From the NCBI RefSeq assembly GCF_006345805.1, contig NC_042997.1:178746001-178810000 (forward strand): a stretch of DNA of 64,000 nucleotides. The letters run 5' to 3'. Both the position numbers and the translations under genes were made by a program. Every line of letters begins with the position of its first letter. Position 1 is the stretch's first letter. The notes beneath the pieces were generated by a model. It worked only from the letters and a program-made list of their open reading frames with translations. It did not search any database and was not told the origin of the DNA. This DNA is from Octopus sinensis. Lineage: Eukaryota. Below, in pieces: positions 26,790 to 39,597 of the stretch.

Positions 26790-27262
26790 ATCTAACAGGA
26801 GGATCTGTGAAGATCTGGGGGTTATATCTTAACATCCGCCGGCCTAATGGCTTTCCTTCATGGCAGAATTAACAGCCAAGACTATTTAAACATTTTATCT
26901 GATCAAATTCATCCTATGTACCAATTCACAAAGCTAAAGTTGAATGGCACAAGGGACATTCTAGTGAAGTTGAACATCTTATCTGGCCACCACAGTCCCC
27001 AGATCTCAATATTATTGAACATTTATGGTGCATTTTAGAAAAACAAGTTAGGAGTCGATATCCTCCACCATCATCCCTACAAAAACTGGAGACTGGTTTA
27101 GCTGAAAAATAGACAGAAATTCCTTTCGAAATAATTCAAACTTTGTACGAGTCCATACCTCGTAGAATTCAAGCTGTAATTACGGCCAAATGTGGTCCTA
27201 CTCCTTATTAAAATAAATTTGTTTGAAATTTTAGCATGTTTCCATTATTTTGTCCTGCCCTT
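26790..27262 (+). mobile_element. Tc1-family transposon, internally deleted 3' fragment
   Basis: 26984-27211 reads WPPQSPDLNIIEHLWCILEKQV...EK*TEIP...SIPRRIQAVITAKCGPTPY*, carrying the Tc1 WP-SPDLN-IE motif and one premature stop. TIR-like end attttgtcctgcccttgta. Confidence 0.85.
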
Positions 27263-29149
27263 GTATATATATAAAATATACATTCTATTATATATATAAA
27301 CATTTATGTGTGTGTTTGTACATGTGAATGTATATGTAAAAGATATGAGCATCTATATACGTACATATATATATAATGTGTGTGTACGCACACACACACA
27401 CACATATGCGTGCGTGTTTGCTCGAGCCTATTTTAGTATATGGGTTATGTTCATTAGCAGTTTATATAATAATGGAGGAAATGAAATAGGAAATTGAGGA
27501 ACGTCACGAACCATAAAAAAATTAAATAACACGACTACGTAAGTTAGCAAATAGAAAAGTACAAAAGAAGTAGCATGAAATTTGTAAGCATGTCAGGAAA
27601 AGAATTAGTGTGTTGGTATGTTTCAGTATGTATGTGAGTGAACATGAGGAAAAACATATAATATAATATAATATAATATAATATAATATAATATAATATA
27701 ATATAATAAAGTATTGTATTGTACTGGGTCGTGTGACGTGAAATTCTTTTTAAAATGCCGATCACCGGAAATATCAAATTTTTAATAAATTATCAAAGAA
27801 TTGTTTTACGCACAGAGTTATTAAGGCAAAAGATGAAGGTATTAGAGCAGTGTCATGTCATTGAATTTCGTAATGGTTAGTGTACTTTTCTCTATAAGGT
27901 TACCGTAATGATTAAATTAGTTTAATGATGCTTACTACTACTTCACGAGAAAAAAACCCCGATGAAACTAGAACGAATGCATCTATAAAATATTTACTAA
28001 GATGAAAAGTAAAAAAAAAAAAAATCAGTCAGTCAAACGAGTATAGAAGGAAAAGAAAAAACCTATTACTAGTTTCTGTTTTAGAAAAGCAAATTGTATC
28101 AAACATCTCATGCACTACAGCCGTGAGTGGAATATTGTTTAAGCAGGAATACTAGAATACTACGTTTTATTTTCTCTTGAAAATTGTCAAACATACGAAA
28201 CTATTTTTAAAATACGGGAAAGAATATTAGGTAAAAAAAAAAAGTTTCTAGCCTCAATATCAAATAGGAAAAGTTTTATATTTCAACCCATTTTTTAATA
28301 TTAATTTTCTTAAAATATTTTTATATTATAAAAAATAGAAAATAATTCTATGCATAAATTTTACCTGGCTTAAAAAACGATCATCAATCGTCATGCAAAA
28401 CCAGGCATTTATTTTTAGTGCTGGAAGTGTTATCGTGCATTGAAAATTAATATTTCTCTTTTAAAAACAAGAGTGTTATATTTCTAAAAACAATGATAAA
28501 ATAAGCATTCTTTGGATGAAGAATAGGGAATAAAAGAATTCAGCGGTTATTATTCTAGACATGAATTAGTTTCAAAGCTTTCCTTCACCATTCCAAACCA
28601 CTTACCGCTGCCTAATGGCCCCTCTGGGTATTGGGGGGCATATGAAGAATTTTGGGCTGGAATATAAAATGAACAATAGAAGATAGAGAATAGAGAATTG
28701 TGTGACAACGTAAAATTCTGTGACATTATTATGATAAACAAACTAATAAAGAAAAATTGAATGAAAACAAAAAATAAAATAGTGTACGTTATTTTTATTG
28801 TCATACTTTCAGAGCGGAGAGTCTTTGCTGTAAAAATATAAAAGAAAAAATTCTCCTTTTATTTTCTTTTAAAAATAAAACCTAGCCTAGCCCTTAACTT
28901 TAGCTCTGATCCTAACATGAACGTAACTCTTTTTTCAATGCTGTAACCTTAAATCAAAAGAATAAAATCAAAGGAATGAAAGTTATAGACAGAATGATCA
29001 ATGGTTTGACAGTTACGACTAACTAATCAAACTAAAGAATTAAGATGAAACGATTTTTCTGTGCACAAAGAATGAATCACATCAGTTTCCTTTGCTCATA
29101 TCTTAGCTACTTAGAGCAACACTGGCAAATGATAAAGGAATAAAAGATT

Positions 29150-30480
29150 ACTATTTTCATATGATCGTCAGAGGAGATGAAGGAGGTGCTTAAGAATTAT
29201 ACAGGCCGGTCCAGAGTGGCGGGACCGTTGCGGTTGAAGTTCAGCTTAAAACTCTGTAGGTCGGTGCTGATAAAACACAAGAAGGAAAGGAATTGCAAAG
29301 GGGAGGGCAAAGTGAGAAAGAACTGGAGAAAGAGTTTAGAATAATGTTTGGGCGGAGCGAAACAGTCAGCAGAATTACATATGGAAGATGAGGAAGGTGG
29401 GGATTTTTAGAGACGGTACTCAGCTCGCTATTTCAGAGAAGTAGTGACTATCGTAACTTTGATAGAAGAGAGAAAGAACAGCATTGTGAAACCTGAAAAT
29501 TGTGAAACCCTAACCAGTTATCCAGAAAGCTCTCCAATGTCGTCGAATATGTTAATACTGCATGCAAGTAAAATTTATTGTCCTCAAGATATGGTTAGTA
29601 TTTTAATGCGTGTCTTACTTGAAATTTGTAGAGCACCAGAAACTGATGCTGGCTTAAAGTAAATCTTATATTTTAGGGTGTACGGAACATAAACGAACTT
29701 AAGTGTATACCAAGAATTACGCATGCGGTCGGTACATGTTACAAAGGTGCTGTGCAACAGTTATCGAAGAAATGAAAGTCAAACCAAGACCACAAGCAGG
29801 CAATGTGTTTAAGATGTTCTCAAACCAGAAATAATCGTAAACCTTGCTGATGTCAAGAACAACATTGTTTTCGCTGAAGATGAAAGAAGAATAGAAGTTG
29901 ACAATTCATAAAAGTTCGGATACATTTTGAGTCCACGTCGCGATTATATGAACGAGGAGTTACTGGCGACACGGAGACGGTTTGGAGTTCTGTTGAATAC
30001 AACTAAGTAGCAATTTGTTACTGGGATCATTTATGCAGCTGGAGTAATGCACCGAGTCACTTTGTTTTTATTTTATGGTAGTTATGAGATAGTTATGTGG
30101 TAGTTTATTAATAGTGGTGGCTGCCTTTCTCTAGGAATTGTTGTGAATGTTCTTTGACAGTAGGGCTTCAATATAGCCGTTGTTAAACACCAGGTTTAAG
30201 GATATTGTTAATGGCGTCTGGCAATAAGCTGTTTTAGTTAAGTAGGAGCAAAAGATAATTGATTCCAGTTAATATAGAATTAGAGGAGTTGCGTTCAACC
30301 AATTGTCTTGAAGTGCTAGACTATTTGATTTGTACAGTGTTATGCACAGTAAGGGCAAGTGTAATGTAAAGCCTCTTTTACATATTGATGAGGTTACAGA
30401 TAGATTGCAAAGTATGAATAAGGAAAGATTACGATATTTAGGGTATCGGTGTGTGTTCCCTAGATACAGATAAAAGAGGA
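29150..30480 (+). pseudogene. Possible very old non-LTR retroelement relic
   Basis: Non-repetitive block with weak CLRC..C..C and RGV...LS...LFDLY...RYLG-like pieces broken by stops. Confidence 0.25.
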
Positions 30481-30575
30481 TATTAACTGGTGCATAATTT
30501 TAGTAGTACCATACTATGAAGCATTCTCACCAACAAGGTCTATGTTGGAAGAAAAAGAATGAATCTCAACTAACA

Positions 30576-30742
30576 TAGGCGTAGAAGTGGCTGTGTCGTA
30601 AGTAGCTTGCTTACCAAACACAAGGTTCCGGGTTCATTCCCACTGCGTGGTACCTTGGGCAAGTGTCTTCTACTATAGCCTCGGCCCGACCAAAGCCTTA
30701 TGAGTGAATTTGGTAGACGTAAACTGATAGAAGCCTGTCATA

Positions 30743-30787
<45 letters not shown>

Positions 30788-30990
30788 GTGTGTATATGTT
30801 TGTGTCTGTCTTTGTCACCCCAACATCGCTTGACAACCGATGCTGGTGTGTTTACGTCCCCGTAACTTAGCGGCGATCGAATAAGTACTTGGCTTACAAA
30901 GAATAAGTCCTGGGGTCGATTTGCTCGACTAAAGGCGGTGCTCCAGCATAGCAGCAGTTAAATGATTGAAACAAGTAAAACGAGTTAAAG
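30576..30990 (+). mobile_element. SINE family A, full length
   Basis: taggcgtagaagtggctg...gaaacaagtaaaa. Confidence 0.9.
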
Positions 30991-32224
30991 AAAGAGTAGC
31001 TCCAGGTCGATATTCGAGTGTTATCGGAGTTAACGTAATGTACGTTATTCTAGAGCGAACAATTGAAAATATCCCCTTATGTGGCGCACTCATTTGGTTG
31101 TTAGGCGTAATGGATAACACAGATATTCAAGGACTGATTGAGAACACAATTGTTTGGTTAGGTTGTTGTTGTTGTTTTTGTTTTGCCACTAAGGACAAAA
31201 AAAAAATAAATAAAATAACAACGTCCACAAATAATAAAGTAAAGCAGATATCAAGTAGGTTTTTGAGAATTTTAAATTTACGAAAATTATCAATTAAGAT
31301 AGTTGTTTTTGAAAGATAGATTGAATTTAGTTGCTTGCCTCTTCTTTTTATAAACATTCAAATGAACACAAAACAGGAATAAAAAAGAAAGGAAGACAGG
31401 AAGAAAAATATACAGGAAGTGAAAAAGCAATTTTACTTTTTACACGAGTTTCTGAAGAAGTTACTAAAGTACTTAACGAGTTTCTCCAGTTGAGTGTGAT
31501 AATGGAAAAAAAAAAGAAAACAATATTCATTAGAACTGTTTTGTCGCCGTCGTAAAGTTATTGGGATAATTATACAATATATGCATGTATGCACGTTTTT
31601 GTATGTAGGTATGATGGTATGCATATATGTATGAATGTATGTAAATATGCATGTAAATATATATATATGTGTGTGTGTGTATTTATGTATGTGTATGTAT
31701 ACATGACTATATATTCATATAACCACATACAAATCGAAAACTATCCACAAACTCGTGTGTGTGTGTGTGTTTCTTTGTTTGTGCACAGATCCACACAGAC
31801 GCACATCTATACATATATAGTGAAATACAGTGAAATATAGACTTCAGATTTCGCTTATTAGATTATTCAACTGATTCAATAAGCCAAGAGAAAATCTAAA
31901 ATCTAAGGCGACTCGAATTTAAGAATAAATTTCACTGTAATCCTTATTGAGCCAATACAAAACCCCGCTGTTATTCTTAAGCAACTTTAAAATAAGAAAT
32001 TTGATACACAAACACACACACACACACATACACACACACACAGAGGCAAACGCACATATGGTCGTGTCCAAAAGTTTGGAACATTTAAAATAAAAATTAA
32101 AATACGATTCAAATATGTACAACGTATATATTTGCGCATTTAATAAGACATTCTAATTTTCAGACGTCTGTTCTAAACTTTTTTCCATAACTGTATATGC
32201 ATACATATATACATACATACATAC

Positions 32225-32255
<31 letters not shown>

Positions 32256-32296
32256 CATACATACATACATACATACATAGATGTAAACATACATAC

Positions 32297-32327
<31 letters not shown>

Positions 32328-32381
32328 CATACATACATACATACATACATACATGTAAACATACATAATACATAAATTCAT

Positions 32382-32469
<88 letters not shown>

Positions 32470-32599
32470 GCCCTTGGACTGTTTTACTTTCTTTATATTC
32501 TATCACCTTTCCTCCTCTAACTTTACTATTCCTTTTCCCTTTCCCCTGATAAAGGATAGCATGCGAAACGTCAATGTGATCTGGTTACAGGGATCCGTT

Positions 32600-33110
32600 T
32601 CAGGAGTTCCATGGTTTTGAGGAATGTGGGATCTCCTCTTAACCACTTTTGTTCCCCGATCTTGACCCAGAGGAGTAGCACTTGCCATGGTTCAAGCAAT
32701 AGTTTAACTAACATATATGATCACAATTTGAGCACGGAGAGGCAAAACACTTGGTTGGAAGGGCGCGCAATGAAATCACCGTGAATGAAGGACCGCTACC
32801 TGTTGTTATAGCATCATTCAAGTAGAGTGACACATGTAAAACTCGCGGTTTCATGTAATTACTGATCATATTGCTTTGGCCAATCACACTTCTAATTACG
32901 AAACCTCGGAGCATGGTACTTGTGTTGAACAAGCGTTTCTGACTCTAATCCAATGGCGTGCAGATATCTCTTTATGGTGACCTTTGTTATTCTATCTACT
33001 GAAATCCCTGTAGAAATGGCGGATGGCGACGTTTGCACATCTAACGAGTTAGAAGTGAACAGTAAGTTATATGTTTCGTCTACTATGTAGATCCGCAACT
33101 AGACTGAATA
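32600..33110 (+). pseudogene. Possible Gypsy RNase H relic
   Basis: Frameshifted pieces LPVVIA.FK / RFHVITDHIAL / RNLGAW appear in the order of the LAVV.A..K, F.V.TDH.AL and RL.RW motifs. Confidence 0.4.
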
Positions 33111-33761
33111 TTGATAGCGTGGAAGCTCAAGGAAACGGCAAACAGCTGTGAAAATGGAGCAGTCAAAATATATGTAAGTATTTATGTATGTATGTATCAC
33201 ATTATTGATTTTGCAAGGAAAAGCCTCTTCCGCCAATTTCAGAGGCTAAATGATTTTGAAAGTGAATGGAGACACACAGAAATAATTTCAGAAAATTTCT
33301 TTGTGACTCATACTTTAAAATCAAATATAACTGAGAAGAAATAAAATTATGAAAGAAAGTAGATCTCCAGGAATTATGACATCAAAGAATCAATGAACGG
33401 AAGAAGGAACCCAAACGACATCGTTATTATTACATATAAATAAATCTACACAACAATGCTATAACGAACATATAAGATGTTGAACTAACAAATAGAGTCA
33501 CTAATATAACTCAATAAACTTAACTGAGACAAAAATACACATACACACACACTCATACAACACTTCCAAACACACACTTCCATTGATATATGTGTGTGTG
33601 TGTATGTATGTACGTACGTACGTATGTATGTATCTATCTATATATATGTATATGTACGTATATATGTACATACACATATATGTATATATATACATGTATA
33701 AATGTGTATATGCACATATGTATGTGTATATGTACACGCACACACATATATATATATATAT

Positions 33762-35033
33762 TGTTACGGAACGGAATCACCCGTCGTCGCCCGTCCCGAA
33801 CAGCTCACACAAGTTCCGCCACGGAACCCAAAGAGGCGGAGAGAGGAGATACAGATAGATACTGCCACAACCTCAGCAGCACAGAGATACAGAGGCACAA
33901 CCCGAGATACAACCCAAAGAGGCAAGGCAACAACTGGCAACACTGGCTTATATTCAAACAACAGTTTATACGACAATTACAATTGCTACACATCAAATAC
34001 ATTTAAGGCAAACAACAAATCAATACATCATACGGTATACCACAGATCAAAGCATTTAACACATGCATGTAACAATATAACAGTGTTCAGTAACGACACA
34101 ACAAGTCCAGATCAAATAATGTTCACGATACGTCACAGTCCAATCAGAACACTTCGATACATTATACAATGTTCGTATCACAACAATTCACGTTACAATT
34201 CAACAAGTCCTTTACTCAATTCACAATGTCCTTTATCGACCACATCGACAGAGTCCTTGACTGTTCTTTTCTGTCGGTCCGTATACACCGTGACACATAT
34301 CAATGCACAAACACATACCTTAATTCCTAACTGAATCGCCAGTGTCCCATTCTGCACTCATCTCTGAATACTGCCAAATCCTCTGAATACTCTGCTAATT
34401 CCCCTCTGTGCATATTCCAATCGCTTGCCCCTAGGCCTCCTCGCATCCCAGCTCGCTCCCAGAATTCCAACGCTTGCTCCTTAAATCCAAGGTTCCATCC
34501 ACTCGCTCTGACCTCCAGAGTCCGTCTGTCTTCCTCGAGGGCCGGCCAGCGACTACCAGGATCCGTCTGTGTTCCTCGACGACCGCTCAACGACTGCCCA
34601 GACCTCACTTCGTCTCTGTGCTTCTTCCACTCCCTTCATCTCCCTCTGTACCGCTCACACCCTCTCTAACTGCCCTGGTCCTTATATCCTATCTATATCG
34701 CCTGCTGTCTCTTAGCCTTTCTATTGCTCTCTGCTCTTACTCTATCGCTATCGCCTGCCAGACTCTTCCTCTCTATCTGTCCCTTTCCTCTTACTGTCAA
34801 TACCCTCTCCATCTGTTCTTAGATTCCCTTAATTTGTCTTCCTCTTTCACTTCTTCAAGGGGTGCTCAGAATGACCTCCAATCGACCGCACAAGGTCAGA
34901 AAGGTCTCATTAATCTCCCACTAGACAAAGGACCCGTCACTTTTCACCAGACATACTGGAACCATTATTCCTATGTGGGTCACCAGAAACACTACACTAA
35001 TTAAACCCGAAATGCACTTAGCCAACCGTAACA
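33762..35033 (-). repeat. LTR copy 1 (3'-most in element orientation)
   Basis: Begins tgttacgg, ends ccgtaaca (8-bp terminal inverted repeat); 1272 bp. Confidence 0.93.
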
Positions 35034-35046
35034 CTACCCCCTACCT
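35034..35046 (-). promoter_or_regulatory. Polypurine tract (copy 1; second copy at 37949-37961)
   Basis: AGGTAGGGGGTAG immediately precedes the TGTTACGG start of the downstream LTR on the minus strand. Confidence 0.8.
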
Positions 35047-35951
35047 AAGTTTTTGTCGACCCGACAAAGCATAACAAAACTCGCACCTCCGAGCAGCAGA
35101 CTCTCCAGGGGCTGGGGGTCCCCTTGGGTGGTTTCTCCTCCGGGGTCTCACCTCCCACGGCCACCACTTCAGCACCAGCCACAGGTTGGCACCTCCCTCT
35201 GCGGCTTGGGTAACACTTCCGCCAACGCCGCCAGGCTTCCTACTAGCCGCCCACAATAGGCGCACCGTCGAGGAAGTTCCTCAAATCCCTCACACAAAGG
35301 GTCCGGCCAATCCTTCACAGTGGCCACCTTCCTCAGGGCTCTATAGCCCACGTAGCATCTTGCTGTACCATCTCCATTCCGCGCAATTATCACCGACGAC
35401 CAGGGACCATTCCACTTTTCCACTGTTCCCCGTCGCCGATATCTCCTCTTGCGCTGCTGTACTGAGACCTTCCTCCGGCCTCGCTGCTTCCTCAAGCGAC
35501 AACCGCCCTGGTCGACGAAACGTTCTGCCAGGTCCGTGCGACCAGCATCCAACAACCCTCGCGACCAACGTCCTGCACTTTTCACCAACAGTTGCCTCTT
35601 CCGCACTGCATCAGCGGACCACGAGCTCCCTTAACTTCATCTCTGCACCGGCAGAACTGACCCCGCCGCTGGTTTACCGTCCGGCGCAGTTCCACGATTT
35701 GCCCTCTGCAAATCGCCTGCGCAGCCTTCAATAACTCGGCCGACCCACCCAGCGCTCCACCAGCTTCTGCTTCCACTAGGGTCCACCCGACCCTCAATCG
35801 AGCTTTCACTAGGCACTGCCTGTCGGGCTCCACCGGCCCCAATCAACCATCAACCACAAAGCTCACCCAACGCTGAAGCGGTCTTCCTGGTCTCGGTGGA
35901 CCCACCCCGTTCGCAGCCGTCTCGCCTCGTCAACGGGCCTGGTCCTTTTCC

Positions 35952-36620
35952 TCACCAGCTTCCGTACCGCAGCCTCACAACACGCACGCTCGGCCGCCAG
36001 TCCATCCACGCCTGTGGCCTCTCCACAGTGGGAACCATACAGTCCTTCTGGGCCCCAAGAGACAGGGGTCCAGACACCAAAGGACCCGCACACGGCATAG
36101 CACCTGCCGCGACCATCACACACAGAGCCGGAACCTCGGACTCAGCGACATTCGCCCCAGACCTCGCCAGCTCTTCGTCCTGAGCTCCGAGAGACAGGGG
36201 TCGAGATGCCAAGGGCTCCAGACACGGAACAACAGCATCAGCCATAACACCTTCCACAGGCCTTTCGGTTACTTCAACCTCTACGGGTTCCAAATCACAA
36301 GATTTCTTGGGTACAGCGTCACAAATTTCGGCAACCAGCCCAGGTTCCGCAACACTTCCTTCACTATCTGTTTCACTCGATGCTTCGTTCGACGGGCAAT
36401 CTCTGCCCACAGGACCGTCGCTATCCTCGGTCCAACACCGATCCTTCAAAGCTGACCCATCCGCAACCTCAAGCTCCCGCTGATCTGCCCACAGGCCCTG
36501 TCGCCTCCTGTCCATTCTCTCCACGAACGCGTCCGTCTGCGCCATCTGGCCCCTTAACATCTCCACAATCAGAGCAAGCGAAATCTCCTCGTCTCCGGTC
36601 TGACAACCAGACAAATCCAT
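35952..36620 (-). CDS. Internal ORF of LTR element, gag-position protein of unknown function (copy 1)
   Basis: First ATG after the PBS: MDLSGCQTGDEEISLALIVEMLRGQMAQTDAFVERMDRR..., 222 aa. Helical N-terminus, acidic middle and a duplicated PLSLGAQ motif; no clear zinc knuckle. Confidence 0.45.
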   Translation of the reverse strand: MDLSGCQTGDEEISLALIVEMLRGQMAQTDAFVERMDRRRQGLWADQRELEVADGSALKDRCWTEDSDGPVGRDCPSNEASSETDSEGSVAEPGLVAEICDAVPKKSCDLEPVEVEVTERPVEGVMADAVVPCLEPLASRPLSLGAQDEELARSGANVAESEVPALCVMVAAGAMPCAGPLVSGPLSLGAQKDCMVPTVERPQAWMDWRPSVRVVRLRYGSW

Positions 36621-36658
36621 AGCGAAAAAGAACCGATCGAAACGCAGCAACCAGGACA

Positions 36659-36676
36659 ATCCCACCTCTGACACCA
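36659..36676 (-). promoter_or_regulatory. Primer-binding site, tRNA-Leu type (copy 1)
   Basis: TGGTGTCAGAGGTGGGAT lies 2 nt after the LTR end. It resembles the complement of metazoan tRNA-Leu 3' ends (ATCCCACTTCTGACACCA / ATCCCACTCCTGACACCA, from memory). Confidence 0.85.
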
Positions 36677-36678
36677 GT

Positions 36679-37948
36679 TGTTACGGAACGGAATCACCCG
36701 TCGTCGCCCGTCCCGAACGGCTCACACCAAGTTCCGCCACGGAACCCAAAGAGGCGGAGAGAGGAGATACAGATAGATACTGCCACAACCTCAGCAGCAC
36801 AGAGATACAGAGGCACAACCCGAGATACAACCCAAAGAGGCAAGGCAACAACTGGCAACACTGGCTTATATTCAAACAACAGTTTATACGACATTACAAT
36901 TGCTACACATCAAATACATTTAAGGCAAACAACAAATCAATACATCATACGGTATACCACAGATCAAAGCATTTAACAACATGCATGTAACAATATAACA
37001 GTGTTCAGTAACGACACAACAAGTCCAGATCAAATAATGTTCACGATACGTCACAGTCCAATCAGAACACTTCGATACATTATACAATGTTCGTATCACA
37101 ACAATTCACGTTACAATTCAACAAGTCCTTTACTCAATTCACAATGTCCTTTATCGACCACATCGACAGAGTCCTTGACTGTTCTTTTCTGTCGGTCCGT
37201 ATACACCGTGACACATATCAATGCACAACACATACCTTAATTCCTAACTGAATCGCCAGTGTCCCATTCTGCACTCATCTCTGAATACTGCCAAATCCTC
37301 TGAATACTCTGCTAATTCCCCTCTGTGCATATTCCAATCGCTTGCCCCTAGGCCTCCTCGCATCCCAGCTCGCTCCCAGGAATTCCAACGCTTGCTCCTT
37401 AAATCCAAGGTTCCATCCACTCGCTCTGACCTCCAGAGTCCGTCTGTCTTCCTCGAGGGCCGGCCAGCGACTACCAGGATCCGTCTGTGTTCCTCGACGA
37501 CCGCTCAACGACTGCCCAGACCTCACTTCGTCTCTGTGCTTCTTCCACTCCCTTCATCTCCCTCTGTACCGCTCACACCCTCTCTAACTGCCCTGGTCCT
37601 TATATCCTATCTATATCGCCTGCTGTCTCTTAGCCTTTCTATTTGCTCTCTGCTCTTACTCTATCGCTATCGCCTGCCAGACTCTTCCTCTCTATCTGTC
37701 CCTTTCCTCTTACTGTCAATACCCTCTCCATCTGTTCTTAGATTCCCTTAATTTGTCTTCCTCTTTCACTTCTTCAAGGGGTGCTCAGAATGACCTCCAA
37801 TCGACCGCACAAGGTCAGAAGGTCTCATTAATCTCCCACTAGACAAAGGACCCGTCACTTTTCACCAACATACTGGAACCATTATCCTATGTGGGTCACC
37901 AGAACACTACACTAATTAAACCCGAAATGCACTTAGCCAACCGTAACA
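36679..37948 (-). repeat. LTR copy 2 (shared middle LTR)
   Basis: Same termini; differs from copies 1 and 3 mostly by single-base indels; 1270 bp. Confidence 0.93.
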
Positions 37949-38759
37949 CTACCCCCTACCTAAGTTTTTGTCGACCCGACAAAGCATAACAAAACTCGCA
38001 CCTCCGAGCAGCAGACTCTCCAGGGGCTGGGGGTCCCCTTGGGTGGTTTCTCCTCCGGGGTCTCACCTCCCACGGCCACCACTTCAGCACCAGCCACAGG
38101 TTGGCACCTCCCTCTGCGGCTTGGGTAACACTTCCGCCAACGCCGCCAGGCTTCCTACTAGCCGCCCACAATAGGCGCACCGTCCGAGGAAGTTCCTCAA
38201 ATCCCTCACACAAAGGGTCCGGCCAATCCTTCACAGTGGCCACCTTCCTCAGGGCTCTATAGCCCACGTAGCATCTTGCTGTACCATCTCCATTCCGCGC
38301 AATTATCACCGACGACCAGGGACCATTCCACTTTTCCACTGTTCCCCGTCGCCGATATCTCCTCTTGCGCTGCTGTACTGAGACCTTCCTCCGGCCTCGC
38401 TGCTTCCTCAAGCGACAACCGCCCTGGTCGACGAAACGTTCTGCCAGGTCCGTGCGACCAGCATCCAACAACCCTCGCGACCAACGTCCTGCACTTTTCA
38501 CCAACAGTTGCCTCTTCCGCAACTGCATCAGCGGACCACGAGCTCCCTTAACTTCATCTCTGCACCGGCAGAACTGACCCCGCCGCTGGTTTACCGTCCG
38601 GCGCAGTTCCACGATTTGCCCTCTGCAAATCGCCTGCGCAGCCTTCAATAACTCGGCCGACCCACCCAGCGCTCCACCAGCTTCTGCTTCCACTAGGGTC
38701 CACCCGACCCTCAATCGAGCTTTCACTAGGCACTGCCTGTCGGGCTCCACCGGCCCCAA

Positions 38760-39539
38760 TCAACCATCAACCACAAAGCTCACCCAACGCTGAAGCGGTC
38801 TTCCTGGTCTCGGTGGACCCACCACCGTTCGCAGCCGTCTCGCCTCGTCAACGGGCCTGGTCCTTTTCCTCACCAGCTTCCGTACCGCAGGCCTCACAAC
38901 ACGCACGCTCGGCCGCCAGTCCATCCACGCCTGTGGCCTCTCCACAGTGGGAACCATACAGTCCTTCTGGGCCCCAAGAGACAGGGGTCCAGACACCAAA
39001 GGACCCGCACACGGCATAGCACCTGCCGCGACCATCACACACAGAGCCGGAACCTCGGACTCAGCGACATTCGCCCCAGACCTCGCCAGCTCTTCGTCCT
39101 GAGCTCCGAGAGACAGGGGTCGAGATGCCAAGGGCTCCAGACACGGAACAACAGCATCAGCCATAACACCTTCCACAGGCCTTTCGGTTACTTCAACCTC
39201 TACGGGTTCCAAATCACAAGATTTCTTGGGTACAGCGTCACAAATTTCGGCAACCAGCCCAGGTTCCGCAACACTTCCTTCACTATCTGTTTCACTCGAT
39301 GCTTCGTTCGACGGGCAATCTCTGCCCACAGGACCGTCGCTATCCTCGGTCCAACACCGATCCTTCAAAGCTGACCCATCCGCAACCTCAAGCTCCCGCT
39401 GATCTGCCCACAGGCCCTGTCGCCTCCTGTCCATTCTCTCCACGAACGCGTCCGTCTGCGCCATCTGGCCCCTTAACATCTCCACAATCAGAGCAAGCGA
39501 AATCTCCTCGTCTCCGGTCTGACAACCAGACAAATCCAT
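38760..39539 (-). CDS. Internal ORF of LTR element (copy 2)
   Basis: Same protein as copy 1 up to ...PSVRVVR, then diverges through 1-nt indels. Confidence 0.45.
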   Translation of the reverse strand: MDLSGCQTGDEEISLALIVEMLRGQMAQTDAFVERMDRRRQGLWADQRELEVADGSALKDRCWTEDSDGPVGRDCPSNEASSETDSEGSVAEPGLVAEICDAVPKKSCDLEPVEVEVTERPVEGVMADAVVPCLEPLASRPLSLGAQDEELARSGANVAESEVPALCVMVAAGAMPCAGPLVSGPLSLGAQKDCMVPTVERPQAWMDWRPSVRVVRPAVRKLVRKRTRPVDEARRLRTVVGPPRPGRPLQRWVSFVVDG

Positions 39540-39577
39540 AGCGAAAAAGAACCGATCGAAACGCAGCAACCAGGACA

Positions 39578-39595
39578 ATCCCACCTCTGACACCA
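39578..39595 (-). promoter_or_regulatory. Primer-binding site, tRNA-Leu type (copy 2)
   Basis: Identical 18-mer next to LTR copy 3. Confidence 0.85.
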
Positions 39596-39597
39596 GT

